Assembly: GCA_039796775.1 (NCBI GenBank)
Contig: JBDKJD010000002.1
Location: 12,574-76,573 of the forward strand
From: Candidatus Parcubacteria bacterium
GTDB taxonomy: Bacteria > Patescibacteriota > Minisyncoccia > Phycocordibacterales > UBA5272
DNA: 64,000 nucleotides
Direction: 5' to 3'
The translations under genes and the position numbers were made by a program. Under the pieces are notes generated by a model, which was not told the origin of the DNA, made no database searches, and was given only the letters and a program-made list of their open reading frames with translations. Below are positions 51,864 through 59,345 of this stretch, piece after piece (position 1 is the stretch's first letter; the number at the start of each line of letters is the position of its first letter).

Positions 51864-52104
51864 ATGTCGCTTAGCATCGCGCTCTCTGTATTTTTGGCTA
51901 CACATCATGATTGATGCTCTGTATGTGCTTTATATGCGAAATGTGGCCGACAAAAAAGCGTTGAGAGCTGCATCCTTTGGGTCACTTATTCATATTCTCA
52001 CCGCCTTCACCGTCATATCATATACGCAAGATATACGATACATCGTACCACTTGTTCTTGGTTCTTTTCTTGGTGCATATATAACAGTTAAGTATATCTC
52101 TTAG
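51864..52104 (+). pseudogene. Small membrane protein, apparently +1 frameshifted near 51900
   Basis: MSLSIALSVFLAT (from 51864) continues naturally into IMIDALYV... in another frame. Confidence 0.45.
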
Positions 52105-52269
52105 CTTTTTGACAGAAATATATAACGTTGTGTTACCACTTGCACAAAATCCCTAGAGTTATATACTTATTTTATCCTTTTGCATGCGTCACAGCATGTG
52201 AGGAGTTTAATAAATTTATTGTAGGTGACATGGTCCTAGGAAAACATGTCTCCAACTAACACTCATCAT

Positions 52270-52542
52270 ATGAACAAAGCAGGTCTCGTTGAAGCAGTAC
52301 ACGCTGTACTCGGTTCAACAAAAGTACAAGCAGAAGAAGTTGTTGAAACAGTTTTTGGTACTATCGTTAAGACCCTTTCAAAGGGTGACGAAGTAGCGAT
52401 CGCTGGTGTGGGTAAGTTTACTGTTAAGATGCGTAAGGCTCGTGAGGCTCGTAACCCAAAGACTGGTGAAACCGTTAAGGTCCCAGCAACTAAGGTTCCA
52501 AAGTTCTCAGCAGCTAAGGCTCTTAAGGACGCTGTTAAGTAA
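52270..52542 (+). CDS. hup: DNA-binding protein HU
   Basis: MNKAGLVEAV, GKFTVKMRKAREARNPKTGE, PKFSAAKALKDAVK. Confidence 0.95.
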   Translation: MNKAGLVEAVHAVLGSTKVQAEEVVETVFGTIVKTLSKGDEVAIAGVGKFTVKMRKAREARNPKTGETVKVPATKVPKFSAAKALKDAVK

Positions 52543-52558
52543 TTAACTGAAGTCTGTA

Positions 52559-52590
52559 TCAAAAAACACCGCGATTGCGGTGTTTTTTGA
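52559..52590. terminator. Bidirectional terminator
   Basis: tcaaaaaacaccgc-gatt-gcggtgttttttga. Confidence 0.8.
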
Positions 52591-52603
52591 TTTTACTTTC
52601 TTT

Positions 52604-52984
52604 TTAGTGAAGGTTGTATTCATCTGGATTACCGCCAGCTGCAACAATCCCTCTTCTTTGTTTTTCCTGTTGCGCTACGTAGCCATTCTTCTCTTCCTGA
52701 AGCTTGTCGAGAATTTGTTTTCTGATGGCCTGAATACCCGGGTCTGTAACGTTAGCATATTCAGCTTCTCCTGCTCTAATTTGCTCTGCTATCTCGGCTG
52801 CCCTCTTTTGTGATTCGAGGTACTCTTGTCCAAGTTTTGCAACATCCTGAGACATTTGCTCTCTTTGAGCATCAACTAAGAATGTCCTTTCCGCGTGTCC
52901 CCCTGCTGCAGCGAGCGACGGCCCTCTAGTAATCCTTTGGTCTTGATCTCCTGCTATATTTAGCCCATTTTGTTCCATGTTCAT
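52604..52984 (-). CDS. Hypothetical protein
   Basis: 126-aa Q/E-rich ORF. Confidence 0.6.
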   Translation of the reverse strand: MNMEQNGLNIAGDQDQRITRGPSLAAAGGHAERTFLVDAQREQMSQDVAKLGQEYLESQKRAAEIAEQIRAGEAEYANVTDPGIQAIRKQILDKLQEEKNGYVAQQEKQRRGIVAAGGNPDEYNLH

Positions 52985-53025
52985 ATTGTTTAAGTGTCTC
53001 AGAATAATAGATGTGAGTCAATAAA

Positions 53026-53370
53026 TTACGCCGCCAGTTTCCCTTCCCCTATGTCAGAGTCGTTCACTGCTCTTGCGGGAGCACTCTCAACTGCGTACAT
53101 CTCATCCTTTTCTATTTGGCTGGAGGCGTGCATGTTTCCTTCCGTGTCAAACTCCCCAGATCGCGCCACCTCATCTTCTTCCATAAGATCAAATAGTTTT
53201 GCCAGCAACTCTTTCTTTTCTTTTTCAGGCAAGGTTCTGCTTTGTTCTCTAAGAGTTGTTTGGATTTCAGCTATCTTGGCAGACCTTTCTTTGTGAGAAA
53301 ATATCTCAGCCACCTGAGACGGATTGTCTATTATTTTAGAGCCCTCTGGCCAAAATTCTGTGAATCGCAT
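53026..53370 (-). CDS. Hypothetical protein
   Basis: 114-aa acidic ORF. Confidence 0.6.
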   Translation of the reverse strand: MRFTEFWPEGSKIIDNPSQVAEIFSHKERSAKIAEIQTTLREQSRTLPEKEKKELLAKLFDLMEEDEVARSGEFDTEGNMHASSQIEKDEMYAVESAPARAVNDSDIGEGKLAA

Positions 53371-53399
53371 AAGTTGTTAGGGTGTGTAAGTGTTAAAAT

Positions 53400-54197
53400 T
53401 TATTTGTAAGCTACGTAGCCACATGCGTCGATTACCTGGGCTTTCGTTATTCCGGAAATCATGGACTTTTTATTTTTTAGCGCCCTTAACGCCTCCATAT
53501 CATCAAGCGGTAGTTTTTCAATTCTTGAAAACCCTGCCCCAGTTAACATCTGTTCAACGAGTTCAGTTGGCACCATTTCCTCTACGTCTATGTTGTCATT
53601 ATAAAATACGTGCCCATCTTTGTCTGTATATCTAAAATAACCAAAACTGCTTAGTATGAGGAATCCTCCTGAGTGTAAAACACGGTACGCTTCAGCTATA
53701 AGATTATTTACAAACTTGAGCTCCCCTTGCTCTTTGTTAGGTTCATTAATGAGATTTGTTGAGACATACCCAGCAATAGAGTTGTCTGAGAAAGGTAGTC
53801 GAGTGGCGTCGGCGACTACTGGGCTGAGCTCTGGGCCAGCCTCGTCAGCCCCCCTGTCTTGGTCAAGTAAAAGCCAGCCACGAGCGCGGGTGTGAGAGAT
53901 GTCCAAAGGTATAATATTGGTATTCTGCTTAATTTTGTTAAGCGCCTTAGTTAAGTTGCTGGCTCCTTCCCTGTCGAACGGGTATCCGGCTCCGGCGACG
54001 ACCACGCTTTGTCCTTCAAGGTCCGTCGATGAAAAAATTTTCGAATACGTTTCTGGGGCGACAAAATCGTAGTTGGTAAACATCTTCCCTCCATACTCTT
54101 CAAGGAAAAATTCTTTTTCAGATAGCGACATTTTATCGCTATGTCCAAGTATCTCTGTAAGCTCATTAAGCGAATTTTGTTGCGGTATTTTTTCCAT
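53400..54197 (-). CDS. Class I SAM-dependent methyltransferase
   Basis: VAGAG, PLDIS, ADATRLPFSDNSI, EAYRVLHSGG. Confidence 0.85.
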   Translation of the reverse strand: MEKIPQQNSLNELTEILGHSDKMSLSEKEFFLEEYGGKMFTNYDFVAPETYSKIFSSTDLEGQSVVVAGAGYPFDREGASNLTKALNKIKQNTNIIPLDISHTRARGWLLLDQDRGADEAGPELSPVVADATRLPFSDNSIAGYVSTNLINEPNKEQGELKFVNNLIAEAYRVLHSGGFLILSSFGYFRYTDKDGHVFYNDNIDVEEMVPTELVEQMLTGAGFSRIEKLPLDDMEALRALKNKKSMISGITKAQVIDACGYVAYK

Positions 54198-54254
54198 GCA
54201 TCTAATTGTAAGTGGTGTACCAGAATTTTAATTATTTTTATCCAAAAAACAGTT

Positions 54255-54503
54255 TTATTTTTTTCTGGATTCTATTATTTGATTGATTGCTTCTAAGTTT
54301 CTTCTTTTTTTGTCTTGCAGAATATTGAGCTCTATGGTGAATCTAACAATATCAGCAGCCCTGCCCCCTTTTTCTATGTCTTCCCGTTTGAGAGTCTCAA
54401 GGTCTTCTTCTACCCCCTTAATGAGAGCGTTAATATTTTTATTTTCAAAAACGAGATCTTCTACGTTTTCAGCAAGTTCTTTCTGTTCGCGTTCTTCAGT
54501 CAT
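54255..54503 (-). CDS. Small coiled-coil hypothetical protein
   Basis: Likely start MTEEREQ at 54503, since the longer ORF runs into the tRNA trailer. Confidence 0.55.
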   Translation of the reverse strand: MTEEREQKELAENVEDLVFENKNINALIKGVEEDLETLKREDIEKGGRAADIVRFTIELNILQDKKRRNLEAINQIIESRKK

Positions 54504-54561
54504 GTGGTAAGTGTACTTGAGGTTATAGGGAAAGGCAAAAGATCTTGATGAAATAAACATG

Positions 54562-54848
54562 GACGAGAATCGGTTACCAAACATATCATTATTCTGGCGT
54601 AAGAGAATCGGCAATTGTTAAGGTATTTTGTTTCATACCTTCAGTACTCACAAAATACTCTTAACTTTCGCCTAAAATAAAAGCGACAAAAATTAAAAAG
54701 AGAAAAGTAAGACAGAAACTTTCCTCTTTTTAATTTTCGTACACCGCTTTTATGTTCGATTCTCAGGTAAAAGTGTCTAGACACTGTTACTTTACGCCGC
54801 ACAGAAATACAAAAAGCACGTAGTATCTACGTGCTTTTTGTATTTCTG
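54562..54848 (-). other. tRNA 3'-trailer element (Gly-TCC copy)
   Basis: 32-bp hairpin, split antisense of the tRNA 3' end, scaffold hairpins, sense repeat at 54596-54610. Confidence 0.8.
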
Positions 54849-54919
54849 TGCGGCGTAAGAGAATCGAACTCTTGTCTCCTGCTTGGAAGGCAGGCATTCT
54901 ACCACTAAACCAACACCGC
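54849..54919 (-). tRNA. tRNA-Gly (TCC)
   Basis: GCGGTGT...CCTGC-CTTCCAA-GCAGG...GTTCGATTC...ACGCCGCA cloverleaf; CCA not encoded. Confidence 0.95.
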
Positions 54920-54968
54920 TTGTTGATAGTGAATATACTACTACATTTTTTATTTTTATTCCAGCCCC

Positions 54969-55217
54969 CTATCTCACTTTAGTAAAACGATAACACGTAG
55001 CACCCCCTTCAATGGTCACCTCTTCCATAAAATCATGTATAGGTCTTATCCAAATGGTGTTATCTGTCAAAGCTTTGTAAATTACACATTCCGCCATATC
55101 AAGAGTTGATTCTTTAACCTGAAGGCGTCCAGTGTTGATAATCTCATACTCCCCTTTTGTTTTATAATGCTGCCAGATCTCACCAGTGTTAGGTTTTTTA
55201 TTATTCATAGTAGTCAT
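54969..55217 (-). CDS. DUF1653 family protein
   Basis: WQHYKTKGEY, VIYKAL, IWIRPIHDFMEEV, RF. Confidence 0.85.
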   Translation of the reverse strand: MTTMNNKKPNTGEIWQHYKTKGEYEIINTGRLQVKESTLDMAECVIYKALTDNTIWIRPIHDFMEEVTIEGGATCYRFTKVR

Positions 55218-55252
55218 ATTGTTTTTTATGAAACTTCAATACCCAGAAAATT

Positions 55253-55477
55253 TTAACATACTATAAATCCTAGCAATAAAGGCAAGATAGTCAGTATCCA
55301 CAACGTGTGAGCATAGATCAGAATCTTTTCTTTATGAAAAATCCCATAACTTAGCCAAACCAAAGAGGAAAATAAATAAAAGGACCAAGAAATAAGAGAG
55401 GCACCTTCTACGCTTTTACTTGACCAAACTAAATAGAGTTGTGGCAGTGTAAAAACTGGACCAAGGATACCTATCAA
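55253..55477 (-). CDS. PQ-loop/SemiSWEET-like transporter (5' end possibly damaged)
   Basis: LPQLYLVWSSKSVEGAS, WLSYG. Confidence 0.7.
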   Translation of the reverse strand: MIGILGPVFTLPQLYLVWSSKSVEGASLISWSFYLFSSLVWLSYGIFHKEKILIYAHTLWILTILPLLLGFIVC

Positions 55478-55546
55478 TAGAACAAAATTATCAAACAGGC
55501 GTCCTCTTTTTTTTGTAAAAAATGATTAACCGTTAATTATGTAGTG

Positions 55547-55619
55547 TCGGGGTGCAGGGATTCGAACCCTGAGTCGCTGGTACCCAAAACCAGAATGTTA
55601 GCCGTTACACCACACCCCG
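55547..55619 (-). tRNA. tRNA-Pro (TGG)
   Basis: CGGGGTG...CTGGT-TTTGGGT-ACCAG...GGTTCGAATCC...CACCCCGA. Confidence 0.95.
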
Positions 55620-55890
55620 AAGTGTATTTCGGAATGTGATGCTCAGGCAATCGTCGCGACTTAGACTCGTCGCTGACTGGTAATACTTGCAAAACCAGTT
55701 CTATGTTAGCCGTTACACCACACCCCGAAGTGTGATTACTATCTTATTTATTAGATTGGGTTTTGCTGTGTTCTGGGTCAAGACCAGAATGTTAGCCGTG
55801 CAGAATTTCTTTTGCACACCCCAATACATGACAATTTAAAAAATTGTTTCTTAATACTAACACATTTTTAAAAAAACGCAGCCCCCAATA

Positions 55891-56280
55891 TTATTCTTTG
55901 TGAATATTTTCAAGTAGCTTAACCCTCCCCTCTCTTTTATTATTATCAATATACACACAAGCTAAATCTATTTGCTCTTTTATAGTATCTGATATTCCAT
56001 TAATTTTTTTATATTCTAGTATTGCAATAAGTAGTTTTGACCACTTAGCAAAAGTGAGATTATCTTCCGGTTGTATTTTTGAGATATAAACAGAATCTAG
56101 CGATATGACCTTTATAGACTTCACTTCAATGAAATGAAAAATATTGTCTTTTTTAGCAATAATATCTATTTCTCCGTGTTTGGTTCTAAAATTTTTTGAA
56201 ATGACAGAAAAACCAAGTTTCACAAGAAACGATAGAGCTAACTTTTCCCCTATTTTACCTATTTCATTGTGTTCTGCCAT
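55891..56280 (-). CDS. YraN family nuclease-like protein
   Basis: GKIGEKLA, NFRTKHGEIDIIA, FIEVKS. Confidence 0.9.
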   Translation of the reverse strand: MAEHNEIGKIGEKLALSFLVKLGFSVISKNFRTKHGEIDIIAKKDNIFHFIEVKSIKVISLDSVYISKIQPEDNLTFAKWSKLLIAILEYKKINGISDTIKEQIDLACVYIDNNKREGRVKLLENIHKE

Positions 56281-56299
56281 TATTTCTTTTTTTTAAAGA

Positions 56300-56315
56300 C
56301 GTTTCACGTGAAACA
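56300..56315. promoter_or_regulatory. parS site
   Basis: CGTTTCACGTGAAACA, 15/16 match to TGTTTCACGTGAAACA. Confidence 0.85.
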
Positions 56316-56605
56316 TGTGTCTTCTATGTACTTAATTAAAAGTCAGTCTTTTTTATAAAACCATTGCATAGTAAGAGTATTTAAACATTAAAAGCATTAT
56401 TTGTACACTTTGACTTATATCTATTGTACTGTCCGTTATGCACCATACTCACAGAGTTATCCCCAGTTTTGTACTTTTGTGAACAACCGTTTAGGTTTAT
56501 GAAGATCTGAGTTTTTAATTTAAAAACAGGGGACTTCATGCACAAAAGCCTTACATTGTAACTATTTTGAGATAATGACACCTTGTGATAAGATAATAAA
56601 CACTC

Positions 56606-56676
56606 GCGGTGTTGGTTTAGTGGTAGAACACGTCCTTGCCAAGGATGAGACAGGAGTTCGATTCTCCTACGCCGCA
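56606..56676 (+). tRNA. tRNA-Gly (GCC)
   Basis: GCGGTGT...CGTCC-TTGCCAA-GGATG...GTTCGATTC...ACGCCGCA. Confidence 0.95.
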
Positions 56677-56911
56677 CAGGTAATAAAAACGTTAGTTTTT
56701 ATTGTGCGCGTAGAGTAACAGTGCTTAGGCACTGTTACGTGAGAATCGAACGGAAAAGCGGTTTACATAAGTATTATGAATAAAAGCTGGGGGCATGGCT
56801 TTATTCATAGTGCTTATGTCGCTTTTCCCGGGGTCGAGGCTACGTGCCGAGATGAGAAAAGCAAAGCTTTTTAAAGCGAGCCGTAGCGGTGACCGATCTC
56901 CTACGCCGCAC
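56677..56911 (+). other. tRNA 3'-trailer element (Gly-GCC copy)
   Basis: Antisense 56703-56751 split by a hairpin; sense repeat at 56894-56911. Confidence 0.8.
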
Positions 56912-57022
56912 CGAATCGTTTTCGTGTCACGTGTAACACTTAAAAATCTCTACTTATCAATAGTTTCATGGTTTGAGTGTTTCTTGTGTAACATTTTTCG
57001 TGGAATGGTTTATACTTGAATT

Positions 57023-57349
57023 ATGCCATTTGTTAAAATCTATCTTAAAAATAAGGGGGCTGACCGTGAAAAGCTTAAGAATCTGTCACAGAAATATGTT
57101 GCTGAGGCAGCATCTGGACAAGTAAGGGGTGTTGTTGCGCCAAATGAAGTAGAGGTGGTCTTTTTTGAGAAAAGGGAAAGTGATCACTTGATAAAAGACG
57201 TAGTTATTCAGGTTTTTCTTAAGAAGACAGACGAAAGGGTTGCTAATTTTGAGGAGAGGCACGTAAAACTCTTTGGAGATCTAAAGGCAGAAATAGGGGA
57301 TTTTTCATTACAAACCGCTCTTAGTGAACACGAATATTCTGAAAGTTAA
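57023..57349 (+). CDS. Tautomerase-like small protein
   Basis: Starts MPFVKIY (Pro-1 pattern), 108 aa. Confidence 0.5.
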   Translation: MPFVKIYLKNKGADREKLKNLSQKYVAEAASGQVRGVVAPNEVEVVFFEKRESDHLIKDVVIQVFLKKTDERVANFEERHVKLFGDLKAEIGDFSLQTALSEHEYSES

Positions 57350-57371
57350 GCACATGTGTTTCTTGTGTAAC

Positions 57372-57634
57372 GCTACCCGCCAGGAATTTCTTCAACAAAA
57401 ACGTCAGGATGTTCGGTCACCAAACATATACTTTTCTTTTCGTTCTCACGAACTCAATAAAAGTATTGTTTCGCGACCCAGAGAAAACCGACAAGCAATT
57501 CTTCTATAAAAACTATAGGCTCAGTTTTTATAGAAGAATTCTTGTATACCAGTTTTCTATTCGAATCCTGGCCGTACACGAAGCCGTTCATGTACTCGGG
57601 AGCACAAAAACAAACGCTTCGCTTATTATTTTTG
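57372..57634 (-). other. tRNA 3'-trailer element (Arg-TCG copy)
   Basis: Antisense 57560-57606 split by a hairpin; sense repeat at 57376-57387. Confidence 0.8.
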
Positions 57635-57706
57635 TGCTCCCGCCAGGATTCGAACCCAGAATAACGGTTCCGAAGACCGCTGTGATATCCATTTCACCAC
57701 GGAAGC
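57635..57706 (-). tRNA. tRNA-Arg (TCG)
   Basis: GCTTCCG...GCGGT-CTTCGGA-ACCGT...GGTTCGAATCC...CGGGAGCA. Confidence 0.93.
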
Positions 57707-57737
57707 TATGTAATATAAGGTATACTACCACATAACT

Positions 57738-59252
57738 ATGGAAATTTCATACAAAGAACTAACAAACAAAATTCCCAAAGAGGTGAGGGGTGTTATCGCC
57801 ATGCTTCAATCAAAAGGACATGAGGCGTATATTGTCGGTGGGTGTGTTCGTGATCTTGTGATGGGGGTAACTCCAAAAGATTATGATGTGACAACAAACG
57901 CCACCCCAGAGGAGATAATATCTTTATTTCCAAAGACTTTTTATGAAAATACCTATGGAACAGTTGGTGTTGTAACGTGCGGAGAGGAGGGGTTGCCGGT
58001 TTGTAGTGATGAAACAGTCAAAATTGTTGAGGTAACCCCATATCGTCTCGAGTCTACCTATTCTGACAACAGGCATCCAGATGAGGTGAGGTGGAGTAAG
58101 AATCTTGCAGATGACCTAAAACGTCGTGATTTCACATGTAACGCGCTTGCATATGATCCAACAAATGGAGAATTGGTGGATATGTATGATGGACTTATTG
58201 CGATTGAACAGAAGAAGATCATCGCTGTGGGGGAGGCGGATGCACGTTTTAAGGAGGACGCGCTACGCTTGATGCGTGCGATACGATTCGTATGTCAGTT
58301 AGATTTTGATCTTGATCCCGTTACACGTGAAAGTATAGAAAGAAATGCCTCTATTCTTGATACCATTTCACGTGAAAGGGTGAGGGATGAGTTTATTAAG
58401 CTCCTTATGACTGATTATCCAATGAAAGGTTTGATTCTTATGAAAGAAACAGATCTTTTGGAACGTTTCATTCCAGAATTATTGCGTGGGGTAGGGGTTA
58501 CACAGAATCAGGCTCATATGTATGATGTTTGGGAACACAATCTCCGTACACTGCAGCATGCGGCAGACAAGAAGTGGCCGTTACACGTGAGACTCTCAGC
58601 GATATTCCACGATATTTCTAAGCCAGAGACTAAACGGTTCTCAAAAGAGAAGAATGTGATTACATTTTATGGACATGATGTAGTCGGCGCACGTGTTACA
58701 CGTGAAATAATGGATAGACTTAAATTCTCAAAGGATTTAATAGAAAAGGTTACCATGTTTGTGCGTTGGCATATGTTCTTCTCAGATACCGAGCAGATAA
58801 CCATCTCTGCTGTCAGAAGGCTTATTACAGCCGTAGGTAAAGAGAACATATGGGATCTTATAGATTTACGTATTTGCGACAGAATAGGCACAGGAAGGCC
58901 AAAAGAAGAGCCTTACAGGCTACGAATGTATCAGTCTATGGTAGAACAGGCACTGCAGGACCCAATAAGCCTTAAGATGCTCAAAACTGACGGGAAACGT
59001 ATCATGGACGTTACACAAGAAACGCCTGGACCTAAGATTGGGTTTGTTTTGCATGCGTTATTTGATGAAGTGCTTGAAAATCCAAGCCTTAACACGGAGG
59101 AATACTTAGATAAGCGCGCAAAAGAACTTATCCTTCTTTCTGTTGATGAACTAAAGGCGCTCGGTATGAAAGGAAGAGAAGAAATGGAAGAGAAGAATAA
59201 AGAGAAAGTGAAGGAAATAAGAAAGCAGTTCAAAGTTAAAACCGGGGAGTAG
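57738..59252 (+). CDS. cca: CCA tRNA nucleotidyltransferase with an HD domain
   Basis: VGGCVRD, DYDVTT, DLKRRDFT, EDALRLMRAIRF, FHDISKP. Confidence 0.92.
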   Translation: MEISYKELTNKIPKEVRGVIAMLQSKGHEAYIVGGCVRDLVMGVTPKDYDVTTNATPEEIISLFPKTFYENTYGTVGVVTCGEEGLPVCSDETVKIVEVTPYRLESTYSDNRHPDEVRWSKNLADDLKRRDFTCNALAYDPTNGELVDMYDGLIAIEQKKIIAVGEADARFKEDALRLMRAIRFVCQLDFDLDPVTRESIERNASILDTISRERVRDEFIKLLMTDYPMKGLILMKETDLLERFIPELLRGVGVTQNQAHMYDVWEHNLRTLQHAADKKWPLHVRLSAIFHDISKPETKRFSKEKNVITFYGHDVVGARVTREIMDRLKFSKDLIEKVTMFVRWHMFFSDTEQITISAVRRLITAVGKENIWDLIDLRICDRIGTGRPKEEPYRLRMYQSMVEQALQDPISLKMLKTDGKRIMDVTQETPGPKIGFVLHALFDEVLENPSLNTEEYLDKRAKELILLSVDELKALGMKGREEMEEKNKEKVKEIRKQFKVKTGE

Positions 59253-59345
59253 GGGGTTAAAAGACAGAAAAAGACATTATAAATCAAGAAACACCCTCTT
59301 GTCCTTTATAAAGGACAAACAAAGATTTGATATACTCCCTGTACT

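Noticed and set aside
52266-52562. Antisense ORF over hup, and similar shadow ORFs across the window
   Set aside because: Explained by codon bias of the real gene on the opposite strand
54596-54610. Simple attR of an island integrated at tRNA-Gly
   Set aside because: The repeat is only ~240 bp from the tRNA, encloses no genes, and recurs with the same scaffold at two other tRNAs
56381-57735. ORFs 56381-56677, 56795-57019, 57324-57509 and 57409-57735
   Set aside because: They overlap tRNAs, trailers and parS sites and show no protein motifs
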